DNA of 56,544 nt. Source: a virus. Lineage: Duplodnaviria; Caudoviricetes. The position numbers and the translations under genes were made by a program. Shown piece by piece: positions 1-10,325 of this stretch (within the stretch, counting starts at the first letter, position 1; each line of letters starts with the position of its first letter). The stretch covers positions 1-56,544 of the IMG/VR virus record IMGVR_UViG_3300046779_000899. One strand, given 5' to 3'. Below the pieces are notes generated by a model. The model saw only the letters and a program-made list of their open reading frames with translations, did not search any database and had not been told where the DNA came from.

Positions 1-3000
1 GCTGGTTCAACTAGCCAAGAGTTAGCAGCACTATCGGCACGAGAGCTTGATAAGGTATCTAGCTCACCAATGTTTAAGTTTAAGAAAGCAGTAGAGGATA
101 TCAAGGTTGCTCTTGCACCAGTTGGAGAAATATTCCTACAGATTGCCACACCAGTAATTGAGTTTGGAACCAAGATTCTTAATGCTTTCAACAATCTAGA
201 CGAAAAGACAAAGACCTTCGTTACAGGCCTTATTGCCGTTGTTGGTGGTATTGGTCCAGTATTCCTAATGACATTTGGTCTATTGGCGAACGGACTTGCA
301 AATGTTATTAAAGGTTTTACTTTTGTAAAGAGTGTTTTTAATAAGGCATCTGTATCATCAAATGATCTTGGTTCCCAGCTTTCCTACATGACACAAGAAC
401 AGCTAACTGCATCAGCAGTTGCTGCCTCCCTAGATCAGGTACACAATAATCTAATTCAGACATTCACTTCTGAGGCTGGAGCAATTGACCTATACACTCG
501 TGCTCTACAAAAGGCAAATCAGCAGGCTGCAGCATTTAGTGCACCAGCAGTTGGAAGATCTAGACCAACTCAAAAATTTGCAAGCGGAGGCTTAGTCCCT
601 GGCTCTGGCAATAAGGATACTGTTCCAGCTATGCTTACTCCTGGAGAGTTTGTGGTAACAAAGGATACAGTAGAAAAGAATCCAGGAATTATTGCTGCTC
701 TTGCTACTGGAAAAGTTCAGGGGTTTGCAAATGGCGGATTTGTTTCTGGTGGAGCTGGCGGTAGCAAGAATATCGTCAACATGTTTGCTGAATATGCACT
801 TAGACTTCAGAATCAAAGAGAGAATATGTCTCGTCAGAGCAGCACCTCTTCATTCGAAGAAATTCTTGCACCATTGTCAATGAGAATTGGTGAGGCTAGA
901 GGAATTGTCCCATCTCAATCTCAAGTAAAGAAGGGTGCTTTCGATGATATTGCCACTCAGTATGAGGATCTAACCAAGAAGTTCACTGAGAAGCTAAACG
1001 AAGATTTTGAAAAGACATATGCAGATATTAAAGATGTCAACGAAAGATATAGAAAGTCTTGGCAGTCAGCTGGAAAGACTGTAGAGCAAGAAGTTAATGC
1101 AATTAAGTCAGAAGCTGATCGTGGAGTAGTAAGGAAGACTTTTGGTCTGGATGAAGACTTCTATGGCACTATGCCTACTATGCCACGTCGTGAAGGCGGA
1201 AAGAACCTGGAACGTGCAAGAAAGTCGGCATTCAATCTAAAGGATACTGGAGTTAGATCATACACCTCTGTCTTAGGTGGTGCAAGAGCAATGTTCGAAA
1301 GAAGAACTGGGGCATCAGCTTCTGACAAGCAAATGGGACACGTATTTGAGTCTATGCCAACAGACATTTCTAAGGTACTCTCAGATCCCAAGGTTTCTAA
1401 CGCAGCTAAAAAGGCTGGTGCACTGATTGGTGCTACAGTAACGCAAAATACTACTGACGGAATCAAGGATATTACACGACAAGCATCGCCATCTAGGGAA
1501 GCTTACGAGGCTGGAGAAAATATTGGTAAGGGTGCTCTCCAGGGCATTGAGTCAACAATTGACGATGCCAGAAAAGTTGGAAGAAAGAGTAGACGTGTAA
1601 TTGGCACTCCTAACGGTGCTGGGGGATTTAACATATCTAGACCAGGACAGAATCAGTCATCAAGAATTGCTGATTCACCTCGCACAAGAACTCCAAGACG
1701 TGCATCACGTGAGGGTGATCTTGAAATGAGACAGAGAGAGACTGCTCTGGCACAAAGGGAATTGACTACTTCAGTTACAGATGCTACCACAAAGACTAGG
1801 TCATTTACTGCTGGACTAAGAAATGTGTCTTATGTAGTTTCTGGTCTATCTGGTGTGGCACTAATGTTTGGATCACAATTAGGCGATCTTGGAAATGTTA
1901 TCTTTGGTGCATCTATGGCAGTATCAGCTCTTACAACAGCTGCAGAAATTAACGCTGCTACAGGCTTTATAAGTCTCGGCAAAATGGCAGAGGGTGCGAA
2001 GGGTGTTACAGGATTCCTAGGCAGAATGGTCAACATTGGCGGTAAGGCAGTAATGACTCTAGGAAGATTTGCTGGATGGATTGGCCTAATTGCAACTGCC
2101 ATCTTTGGAGTTGTTTCATTGGTTAATTACATTAATGAACAAAAGGAAAAAGAGAGAGCAAAGATTGAGGGTCTTGGAGATGCAGCAACTCTGACCAAGA
2201 CCAAGCTTGAAGCACTTGGATCATTCTTTGGCAAGCCAGTAACCAACAATGCAGTAGAGAATATTGGAACTTTTGGTGCTGGTGTAGAGCCAATGTCAGC
2301 AGAGAAGCGAAATGAGGTCCAGGATCTTAGGGAAAACGAAGACTTCCAAAAAGAATTCGGCAAGGACATTAAGAGACTTAGCACTGCCACAAAACAAGAG
2401 GCAATTAAAACATTCCAAACAATATCATTGACTCTATTCTCTCAAGGATATGCAAAAGAACAAATTCAGACAGTTATCGATGCCTTGAAAATTGAGGCTG
2501 GAAAAACTAATGTTAAATTTGAAGTGGCTAGCATTGACGTGACCACAAAACAGGGAGCTACAAACTTTAAGCAATCTGCTAACGATATGGTTGATCAGTT
2601 TAACAGGGCTCTGGCTACTGGCAAAAAGACCGTAAAGGTTCCAGTTGTACAGGCCATCGGCGGCGGCAGAGGAAACATGGCCAAGATCACCTACAAGGAA
2701 GAAATTCAAACTACCAAAGAGTATGATCAAGTATTAAAGACTAACTCTGCCAACATTCTAAATAGATTTACCGCACTACAGACAATGCTAGCTCAAGGAA
2801 CAATAACTTCAAAGCAGTATAAGGATAACTGGAATGCTTTGGCAGGAGCAATTGAGAATGGCTCCAACTCAGCAGATTTGGGAAATGCAGTCTTTTCTGG
2901 ATTTACCGCTGAGCTTAAAAAGACCAATCCAGAATTTGCTGCTCTTCTACCAGCAATAACTGGAACTGGAAACCAGATATTAGTTATGCAGGGATTGATG

Positions 3001-4728
3001 GCTGGGGCTATACCAACAGTTGCTCAGCTAGCACAAGTTATCGCAGACCTAAAAACAGTACAGGACTTTGAGTCGGGGAAGAGCGTTGACGTTGGTGCAT
3101 ACGCAAATGCTGTATCAAGAATTAATAAGGTCAAGTCCGCTATCACTGATGCCACAAAGGCACAAGAAAAGGCCAACACAGTTACTAGCGAATATCCAGC
3201 AGGTGGAGACCAGGGTGGAGACAAGAAAAAGTCGCCATATCAAACAGCACTTGAGCAAATTAAGGCCAATACAAAAGAAATCCAGAACCAGATTAATGCT
3301 TTTAGAAAGCTAACCTCAGCAGGGTATTCTACTGAAAAAGCTTTTGAGATGGCCAAGGACCCAATTATTGCAGCTGCACTTGCATCTACAGAGGTTGGAA
3401 GTCCAGAGTGGAAGGCATTGACAAAGGCCATTAAAGAGTCAGAGGCTGCTGCCAAGAAGTTCGAGGCAGTTCAGAAGAAGACTCTAGAAGGGGCAACTGC
3501 AGAATTTGATAAGGCATACGGAAATGTTTCTGAAAAGTTCGCTGCCGAAACTGAGAAGCTTCAGTTAGCCTTTGAAAAGGCTAACCAGGGGGATATGAAT
3601 ACCATCACTCAGGCAGAGTCGGATATCGCAGCACTTGAGTACAAGCTAGATGACTATGACGCACTCATTGGTGATATTGAACTTAAAGAAGAAGAAGTAA
3701 ACAAGAAGTACGATAGCAGACTCGAAGCATTGGACAAGATTGAAGCTGCTAATGCCAGAATTGTTCAACAGCAAAAGGCACAGTTAACAATCGCTGATGC
3801 ATTGAGTCAAGGAGACATTTCGGCAGCTGCTAAGGCAGTTCAGGATGCAAGGCAAGAAGATGCTCAGGCAAGAATGGATGCCCAGAGAACCAATATTGAA
3901 AATGCAAGAACCTCTGAGCTTGGCGGAATCACTGCTGGTGGAAAGACAAGGGCACAGATTGAAAAAGAGGTTCTGGTCGTTCAGGCACAAATTAAGAAGA
4001 TTGAGGAAGAAACTCTAGAGCCAGCACAAGAGAGAGTTCGTATTGCACAAGCAAAACTAGATAAGGATATTGCATCACTAAAGGTAGCTGGAAAAACTCA
4101 GCTAGAGTGGGAAATTGTTGCAAGCAATATTAGAGTAGCAAAGACAGATACGGATGAGTTTGAGAAATCAATAAATGCTGCTCTTACTACTGCAATAAAT
4201 CTACAAAAGGTTCTTGCCAGCTTAACTACACCAGATGTACCTAATGGCCAAAATCCAAATCAGGCAAGAATAGATCAGCTTAACGCAAAAATTAATAGCA
4301 ACCGTGCTGCAGTTAATAAGAGCAAGGGTACTACGGCAAATGACAAGAAGCTGATGAAAGAAAATGAAAAGTTAATTACAGAACTTCGTACACTAACTGG
4401 AGACCCAAATGCTGGCAAGGTTGTCAAAAAGAATATGGGTGGGCTAATTAAGAGGTTGGCTGCTGGCGGATTTGCCATGGGTACAGACACTGTTCCTGCA
4501 ATGCTTACTCCAGGAGAATTTGTTGTTCGTAAGTATGCAGTTGAAAACTTTGGCAAGGATAATCTAAAGGCTATCAATAATGGAACATACTCTGGCGAAT
4601 CAGTGTATAATTATGAATTGAACATAAATATGTCTGGCACAAACCTAAGTGCAGATGACGTGGCAAAGACTGTTATGTCAAAGATTAGACAGATAGATTC
4701 ACAAAGAATACGAGGGAACACTCTATAA
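1..4728 (+). CDS. Tail tape measure protein (5'-truncated)
   Basis: Frame is open from base 1. Very long Ala/Gly-rich helical ORF with hydrophobic segments, coiled coil and two copies of the DTVPAMLTPGEFVV motif; followed by tail genes. Confidence 0.9.
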   Translation, partial: AGSTSQELAALSARELDKVSSSPMFKFKKAVEDIKVALAPVGEIFLQIATPVIEFGTKILNAFNNLDEKTKTFVTGLIAVVGGIGPVFLMTFGLLANGLANVIKGFTFVKSVFNKASVSSNDLGSQLSYMTQEQLTASAVAASLDQVHNNLIQTFTSEAGAIDLYTRALQKANQQAAAFSAPAVGRSRPTQKFASGGLVPGSGNKDTVPAMLTPGEFVVTKDTVEKNPGIIAALATGKVQGFANGGFVSGGAGGSKNIVNMFAEYALRLQNQRENMSRQSSTSSFEEILAPLSMRIGEARGIVPSQSQVKKGAFDDIATQYEDLTKKFTEKLNEDFEKTYADIKDVNERYRKSWQSAGKTVEQEVNAIKSEADRGVVRKTFGLDEDFYGTMPTMPRREGGKNLERARKSAFNLKDTGVRSYTSVLGGARAMFERRTGASASDKQMGHVFESMPTDISKVLSDPKVSNAAKKAGALIGATVTQNTTDGIKDITRQASPSREAYEAGENIGKGALQGIESTIDDARKVGRKSRRVIGTPNGAGGFNISRPGQNQSSRIADSPRTRTPRRASREGDLEMRQRETALAQRELTTSVTDATTKTRSFTAGLRNVSYVVSGLSGVALMFGSQLGDLGNVIFGASMAVSALTTAAEINAATGFISLGKMAEGAKGVTGFLGRMVNIGGKAVMTLGRFAGWIGLIATAIFGVVSLVNYINEQKEKERAKIEGLGDAATLTKTKLEALGSFFGKPVTNNAVENIGTFGAGVEPMSAEKRNEVQDLRENEDFQKEFGKDIKRLSTATKQEAIKTFQTISLTLFSQGYAKEQIQTVIDALKIEAGKTNVKFEVASIDVTTKQGATNFKQSANDMVDQFNRALATGKKTVKVPVVQAIGGGRGNMAKITYKEEIQTTKEYDQVLKTNSANILNRFTALQTMLAQGTITSKQYKDNWNALAGAIENGSNSADLGNAVFSGFTAELKKTNPEFAALLPAITGTGNQILVMQGLMAGAIPTVAQLAQVIADLKTVQDFESGKSVDVGAYANAVSRINKVKSAITDATKAQEKANTVTSEYPAGGDQGGDKKKSPYQTALEQIKANTKEIQNQINAFRKLTSAGYSTEKAFEMAKDPIIAAALASTEVGSPEWKALTKAIKESEAAAKKFEAVQKKTLEGATAEFDKAYGNVSEKFAAETEKLQLAFEKANQGDMNTITQAESDIAALEYKLDDYDALIGDIELKEEEVNKKYDSRLEALDKIEAANARIVQQQKAQLTIADALSQGDISAAAKAVQDARQEDAQARMDAQRTNIENARTSELGGITAGGKTRAQIEKEVLVVQAQIKKIEEETLEPAQERVRIAQAKLDKDIASLKVAGKTQLEWEIVASNIRVAKTDTDEFEKSINAALTTAINLQKVLASLTTPDVPNGQNPNQARIDQLNAKINSNRAAVNKSKGTTANDKKLMKENEKLITELRTLTGDPNAGKVVKKNMGGLIKRLAAGGFAMGTDTVPAMLTPGEFVVRKYAVENFGKDNLKAINNGTYSGESVYNYELNINMSGTNLSADDVAKTVMSKIRQIDSQRIRGNTL

Positions 4729-5390
4729 TGGCAACTAGTCAATACATGTCTGGTAGAAGAAAGTACCAAAGGCCTCAAGCCTTGCTATTTTCTGACAATC
4801 CTGGAGTTGTAGATTCTGGATATCTGGTTCCAGTAGGTTATGAAATTGGAGCAGAGACTCAATCGGTAAATGACCAAAGCCTAATTGATCAGTTTTTAAT
4901 CCTATCAGATGACAATAGAGAAGCCCTATCTATGGCTATCCAAAGAATTGAAAATCGTGAGCGTATGATTAATGGTAGAATGAGATCACACCACATAGCC
5001 GATAAAAGAACAATCTCTGTATCCTGGAAAGACCTTCCATCAAGAGCATTCTCTGGAGATCCAAACTTTAATATTGCTACTGGAAAGCCAGCTCTATATA
5101 ATACTGGAAAGCCAGCTGCCCTAGACAACATTTTTACTACTGATGGTGGTGCAGGTGGGGTTGAGCTAAAGCATTGGTATGATATGCACAAGGGGCCATT
5201 CTGGGTTTTTGTTGCATATGACAACTATCGAGAGCTTGGGCTAAGTAGTCCGTCAGGACAGCAACCTAATTTACAAAAGTATAATGAGGTTATCGAGATG
5301 TATATTACAGACTTTAGCTATTCAGTTCAGAGACGTGGTGGGGCTACCTATGATCTATGGGACGTGTCTATAACGCTAGAGGAAGTATAA
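4728..5390 (+). CDS. Minor tail protein (distal-tail-like)
   Basis: Directly after the tape measure gene (TAATG overlap); beta-rich, ends VSITLEEV. Confidence 0.6.
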   Translation: MATSQYMSGRRKYQRPQALLFSDNPGVVDSGYLVPVGYEIGAETQSVNDQSLIDQFLILSDDNREALSMAIQRIENRERMINGRMRSHHIADKRTISVSWKDLPSRAFSGDPNFNIATGKPALYNTGKPAALDNIFTTDGGAGGVELKHWYDMHKGPFWVFVAYDNYRELGLSSPSGQQPNLQKYNEVIEMYITDFSYSVQRRGGATYDLWDVSITLEEV

Positions 5391-5391
5391 A

Positions 5392-8300
5392 GTGTTTATT
5401 GATAATAGTCTTAAAAATCATCTAGAAACTTCTGGAACTATAAAATCCAAGGCGGTCGTGCTTGCTGAGTGGAACATGAATTCCATGGATAATATAGACC
5501 ATGTTGGCAATTATAGACATAGACCACTAGAAACTAATTCTATTTACAGGACAACAATCAACACCTTTGATGTAAATGATGAGGGAAACTTCTATACAGA
5601 CGCAACCTATTCTGATATTAAAATTGATGGCGGATTTTCAGATACAAATGAGCCAGTAGTTTTTCAGCCAAGAATTGAAAAAGAACAGTCGCTGTACTCT
5701 CTAGAAGACTGCTTTGGAAAGTTTAGGCCAAGATCTGGAATCAATAAGCTCAGGTATTTTGACAATAGGTTTTCTCATCACACAAATATTAGTATGGCCC
5801 AAAGACCAAGGTACTATATGGCAGATAGATATGATCAGTTTAAGTATTGGACATCATATAGGCTAGAGGAGAACATTGAGCGTGGAATTGCAAAAAATGT
5901 TTTAAATGGTCAATTTTTTATAGACGATGCAGCACCATTTGTGGTATACAAAAATGCAGTTCCTGCAAATAGACTTGTTGTCAAAATGCAAACAAATGTT
6001 GGTGATGTTGACCTAGGACCTTTTACTAACTCGTATGGCTCTTTTACAGATCCTCTATATGGCAATGAAAATAAGACAACTCCAATTAAGTGGAAAATTC
6101 AAACACTGCAAGGCGGAGGATGGGTAGATGCAATATCATTTGACGCATCATCAGTCAGGTCTGACGGTTCTCCAATTGTTGGATCAGACGGTTATGTAGA
6201 GATTCAGTTTGGACTGATAGTTCCTAGAGAGTATGCTAGTAACTTTAGACATGCTGGAGATTTACTAGTAGATACCCTACTGCCAAATAATGCATTTGAA
6301 GGTGACGCTTTTCTAGTTAAAGCAAGCGATTCTGAACTTGGGCAGTATTATATTTGGTCAAACGGAGGGTACAGAACCTTCACCCCATCATATGGCTGGA
6401 AACTATATGAAGAGTCTAATACTAGCATCTCTGGACTAGTAGCTAATTTAGTAGATGTCGACAAATATAACGATATTGGTTCTGGACAGACAAAATATAG
6501 AGATCTGGAATATATTTCTGGCATTAGAATTATCGTAGATACCATGAACAAGATTGACTCTACTTTTGACCTTATTGAGATGTCTCCTAGGCTAATTGCA
6601 GATTTATCAGATTCTGTTCTAGACTTTAATATTACTAAGCAGGCATCAGATTTAGGGATAAATGGGTTGCCAGTCGGACAGCTGTTAGCTTCTACTGGAT
6701 CCCTACAGCTATTCGACGAGACCCAGGCTTTTAATCCAAATAACCCGAATAGTTTAATAGCAGGGCACTTGGATAAAAAAATTCAGTTTAAGTTCTATGA
6801 AGGTGTTTTAGAGGTCGCAGATTCTACCAATTACTATGTTCCAATTAAAACGCTATACTCAGAGTCAGCACCAACTTTTGACAACTCTTCAAAAATGGTT
6901 ACGGTTGACCTAAGAGACATGTTCTTCTATTTTGAGTCACTCACCGCACCACAGATTTTTGTGCAAGGTGCATCATTAAGCTATGCAGTTTCGCTACTTC
7001 TAGACAATATAGGGTTCTCAAATTATATGTTTAAAAGGGTACCAGGAGAAGTTGAGGAAATAATTCCAGACTTCTTTATCCCACCAGACAGAACTGTTGC
7101 TCAGATATTACAGGAGATAGCCATATCTACCCAGACCGCAATGTTCTTTGACGAGTATAATAATTTTATCATGATGAGCAAAAACTATATGATGCCATCA
7201 TCAACCGATAGAGCAACAGATTTAACATTGTATGGAAATGACATTCTTTTAGATTCTGATGGAAATGAGTTGCCATATATTGATCACGTAAGCTCAACAT
7301 CCTTGCTGCCAAAATCAAAAGCAGGTGGAGTGTATACTGTAGGCGAAGAAAATGATATCTATGTCTGGTCTGATGATGCAGATGCTTGGGTTGCTGCAGG
7401 AACTTATGTTAGCACTAAAAATCCTGCAAATATTGTAGAGCTAACTTCAGAAACTAACCACATATACAATGGTGGAAAAATTATCTATACCCCTAGATAC
7501 TTGCAAAAGAGCTATGGATCAATTCGCCAGGCATATTTAGTTGACCAGGATAAAACTTGGATTTATAAGCCTGCGTTATTGTGGGAGGTAGCTGGAACAG
7601 AAAAGACTAAGTCTACCAATGGCGAGATATCTAATCAGTCATCATTTGTGCTTGGTGCAATACCACTAAACTCAAAACTTACAAAAGAACTGCCACAGGT
7701 AGTTAATCACAGGCTTATCAATAACACCATTGATTTTGGAGAAGGAATATACTGGATCACAAGATACAATGGATACTTTTACTCAAATGGCGAAGTAATA
7801 AAGTTTGATGCAGTGCAGTATAACGTTCCAAAAAATGTTATTGGTGATTCTGGAATATCTGTAGAAGATAATAACGTTTGGATAACAAGTGCACAAGAAT
7901 ATGAGAATTACTTTTCAAAACTATCGTTTAATGGAAAAATGTATCCAACTGGACTTGTAAGGGTTTATGCCGAGCCTAACTATGAAATAGTGGGCGGAGT
8001 TACAAGACTTAAGAATGGTTCAGTCGCTAAACACGGTAGGGGCCAATTTGGGACACAGGTAGTAGATCATGAAGCAGGGCTAAGTGACTACTGGTCTAAT
8101 CCACAAAATAGAAGGGCATGTACTATGGACTCTTCATACCTATTTTCTGACGCAGACATTCCGTCTACAGCTATCGGCTCGGCTGGTGTAAATAATACAA
8201 TTGCTGCCAAGACAACAGCTAATGGTATTATCAAAAATTTCTTTAGCAGTTCTTACATTGCTGAATCAGAACTAAATAGCCTTAGGGCAACACAGTCTGG

Positions 8301-9831
8301 GACTGTTCAGTCATCAGCACTAGTTCTAAACGGACCATCTTTTACAACAACTGAGGATCCATTAGACTCGGTTTCATATATCTATAAGCCGCTAGACTCC
8401 CAATATAGACACTTTGGAACTAGGATGAGAATTGTCGGTAAAGCTGAAAATAACCTAGACAGACCACAAACTCCAATTGGTAGCACATCATATTATTCAA
8501 CCACAAATAGTAATAGCTCAACAGTAAATGTCGGCGGTGCTTCTGGAGGTCTGGCAGTAATGCTTAACCCAGAAACAAATATAGGATACTACTTTGAAAT
8601 TGCAGCACTAACAGATACTAATCTAGAAAGCTCAAATACTGGAGATAACATTTATAACATAATGTTCTACAAGGTCAAGCAAAAAGCTGGCACTACAGAG
8701 GCCATACCAGTAAGGCTTTGGGCAGGACTAACACAGATTTTGGTTGATAATGGAACATTTGTTGGGCAGTCTAGGGTATTTGGTGAGGCAGCAACTACGG
8801 TATACGATTTAGCAGTTGAGTATGAAAATATTGGATCTACCAGAAAGTTCTACTTATATGTAAATAATAATATTGTTGCAATAGTAGAAGACGATGACCC
8901 TCTGCCAATTTACAACAATATGGCACTATTCGTACGTGGATCAGCTAGATGTATGTTTGAAAATATTTATGCTATTTCAAATAACTATGGCAAGGACGCT
9001 GTCTATACTCTAGATACTCCAGTCAATTCTGTATTCGGAGATGATGAGATAAATGTTAATGAGTCTTTTAGAAAGTACGCAATGAGTGGAATGGTTCAGT
9101 CAACATATCTATCTGGAATAGGATCGTCATCAGCACCAAAATATAATTTATATTTTGAGGAATTTGGAACAATTATGAGAGAGGCTGCATACTTTAACGT
9201 TAGGTATGACAAAGCCTTCCCAGCACTTTTTGCCAAACTGTCACCAACCTTTAATAATATAAAAGGATACACGGTGTCTGGATTTGTTGCAGGGGCGTAT
9301 GGTGCAGAGTTCTTAGTGTTCAACGCTACAGATACGGCCCTCAGCCTTGATGAGTCTAGCGGTAACTACCTAAGAATTCAAGGAGTGACGTTCACTCAAC
9401 AATCTCCAAGTGAATTATCTGTTGACGAGTATTTCTCTAAAAAGAGTGATCTATCAAATCCTCAAATATCAAAATCAAACCTTGTATACTCCCCACTTGT
9501 TTCTCAGCAAGAATATATGGATATAAAATATAGTCGTGCAACTCATGGAAAAAAGGAGTTTTCGCTAGAAGCTCCATACATTCAAACCAGAGACGATGCA
9601 AATACTATGATGGGATGGCTAGCATCTAAAATTATGAAGCCTAGAAAGTCTATTGGTATTAAACTATTCTCTATGCCAATTGTTCAGCTAGGTGATATAG
9701 TAGATATTGAATATATTAGCAACCAGGGATTTGATGAGGTTGGTAGCAACAGATTTGTTGTTTATAATATTCAGTACTCTAATGGGGCCAAGGGGCCATC
9801 CATGACTCTATTTTTAAGTGAGGTAGTTTAA
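5392..9831 (+). CDS. Large minor tail / baseplate-hub-like protein
   Basis: 1479 aa beta-rich ORF, second gene after the tape measure; GTG start. Confidence 0.65.
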   Translation: MFIDNSLKNHLETSGTIKSKAVVLAEWNMNSMDNIDHVGNYRHRPLETNSIYRTTINTFDVNDEGNFYTDATYSDIKIDGGFSDTNEPVVFQPRIEKEQSLYSLEDCFGKFRPRSGINKLRYFDNRFSHHTNISMAQRPRYYMADRYDQFKYWTSYRLEENIERGIAKNVLNGQFFIDDAAPFVVYKNAVPANRLVVKMQTNVGDVDLGPFTNSYGSFTDPLYGNENKTTPIKWKIQTLQGGGWVDAISFDASSVRSDGSPIVGSDGYVEIQFGLIVPREYASNFRHAGDLLVDTLLPNNAFEGDAFLVKASDSELGQYYIWSNGGYRTFTPSYGWKLYEESNTSISGLVANLVDVDKYNDIGSGQTKYRDLEYISGIRIIVDTMNKIDSTFDLIEMSPRLIADLSDSVLDFNITKQASDLGINGLPVGQLLASTGSLQLFDETQAFNPNNPNSLIAGHLDKKIQFKFYEGVLEVADSTNYYVPIKTLYSESAPTFDNSSKMVTVDLRDMFFYFESLTAPQIFVQGASLSYAVSLLLDNIGFSNYMFKRVPGEVEEIIPDFFIPPDRTVAQILQEIAISTQTAMFFDEYNNFIMMSKNYMMPSSTDRATDLTLYGNDILLDSDGNELPYIDHVSSTSLLPKSKAGGVYTVGEENDIYVWSDDADAWVAAGTYVSTKNPANIVELTSETNHIYNGGKIIYTPRYLQKSYGSIRQAYLVDQDKTWIYKPALLWEVAGTEKTKSTNGEISNQSSFVLGAIPLNSKLTKELPQVVNHRLINNTIDFGEGIYWITRYNGYFYSNGEVIKFDAVQYNVPKNVIGDSGISVEDNNVWITSAQEYENYFSKLSFNGKMYPTGLVRVYAEPNYEIVGGVTRLKNGSVAKHGRGQFGTQVVDHEAGLSDYWSNPQNRRACTMDSSYLFSDADIPSTAIGSAGVNNTIAAKTTANGIIKNFFSSSYIAESELNSLRATQSGTVQSSALVLNGPSFTTTEDPLDSVSYIYKPLDSQYRHFGTRMRIVGKAENNLDRPQTPIGSTSYYSTTNSNSSTVNVGGASGGLAVMLNPETNIGYYFEIAALTDTNLESSNTGDNIYNIMFYKVKQKAGTTEAIPVRLWAGLTQILVDNGTFVGQSRVFGEAATTVYDLAVEYENIGSTRKFYLYVNNNIVAIVEDDDPLPIYNNMALFVRGSARCMFENIYAISNNYGKDAVYTLDTPVNSVFGDDEINVNESFRKYAMSGMVQSTYLSGIGSSSAPKYNLYFEEFGTIMREAAYFNVRYDKAFPALFAKLSPTFNNIKGYTVSGFVAGAYGAEFLVFNATDTALSLDESSGNYLRIQGVTFTQQSPSELSVDEYFSKKSDLSNPQISKSNLVYSPLVSQQEYMDIKYSRATHGKKEFSLEAPYIQTRDDANTMMGWLASKIMKPRKSIGIKLFSMPIVQLGDIVDIEYISNQGFDEVGSNRFVVYNIQYSNGAKGPSMTLFLSEVV

Positions 9832-10323
9832 TTGGTAGATGCAGTCCCAACACAATCATTTTTAGAAAATAAAATTTCGCCATCAAGGCCAGCGGTAAAG
9901 ATAGCAACACCAGACCTAATTCTTGAAAACAATGAGCAGGTTGAAATTGAGGTGATGGCTGACCTAATCTTTGAAGATATCGGTGGTCAGGAGATCATCA
10001 ATATCGCCAGGACAGATTTGGTTAATGGGCAAAACATAAAGTATGCCCCAATTAAAAATCTACTAGATATTAACTTTCAGTATAACTCCAAAAATATTAT
10101 GTCTTTAGAGAGTACGTCAGAGACATACTTTAATAACTTTCCTATTCGCTTAGACAACCATATTCCAAATGTTGGCAACGGGCCAAACGGAGAATATTTG
10201 TACATAGATTCACAAACTGGAAATCTTGTCATCAATGTTGTGAATATGCAGCAGGGTGAGCAGGTAGAGGTTCAGATCTTGACGGCTGGCGAACTGATAG
10301 ATGATACAATATATACAGGATAA
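9832..10323 (+). CDS. Putative virion structural protein
   Basis: Tightly packed in the tail operon; TTG start. Confidence 0.5.
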   Translation: MVDAVPTQSFLENKISPSRPAVKIATPDLILENNEQVEIEVMADLIFEDIGGQEIINIARTDLVNGQNIKYAPIKNLLDINFQYNSKNIMSLESTSETYFNNFPIRLDNHIPNVGNGPNGEYLYIDSQTGNLVINVVNMQQGEQVEVQILTAGELIDDTIYTG

Positions 10324-10325
10324 CT

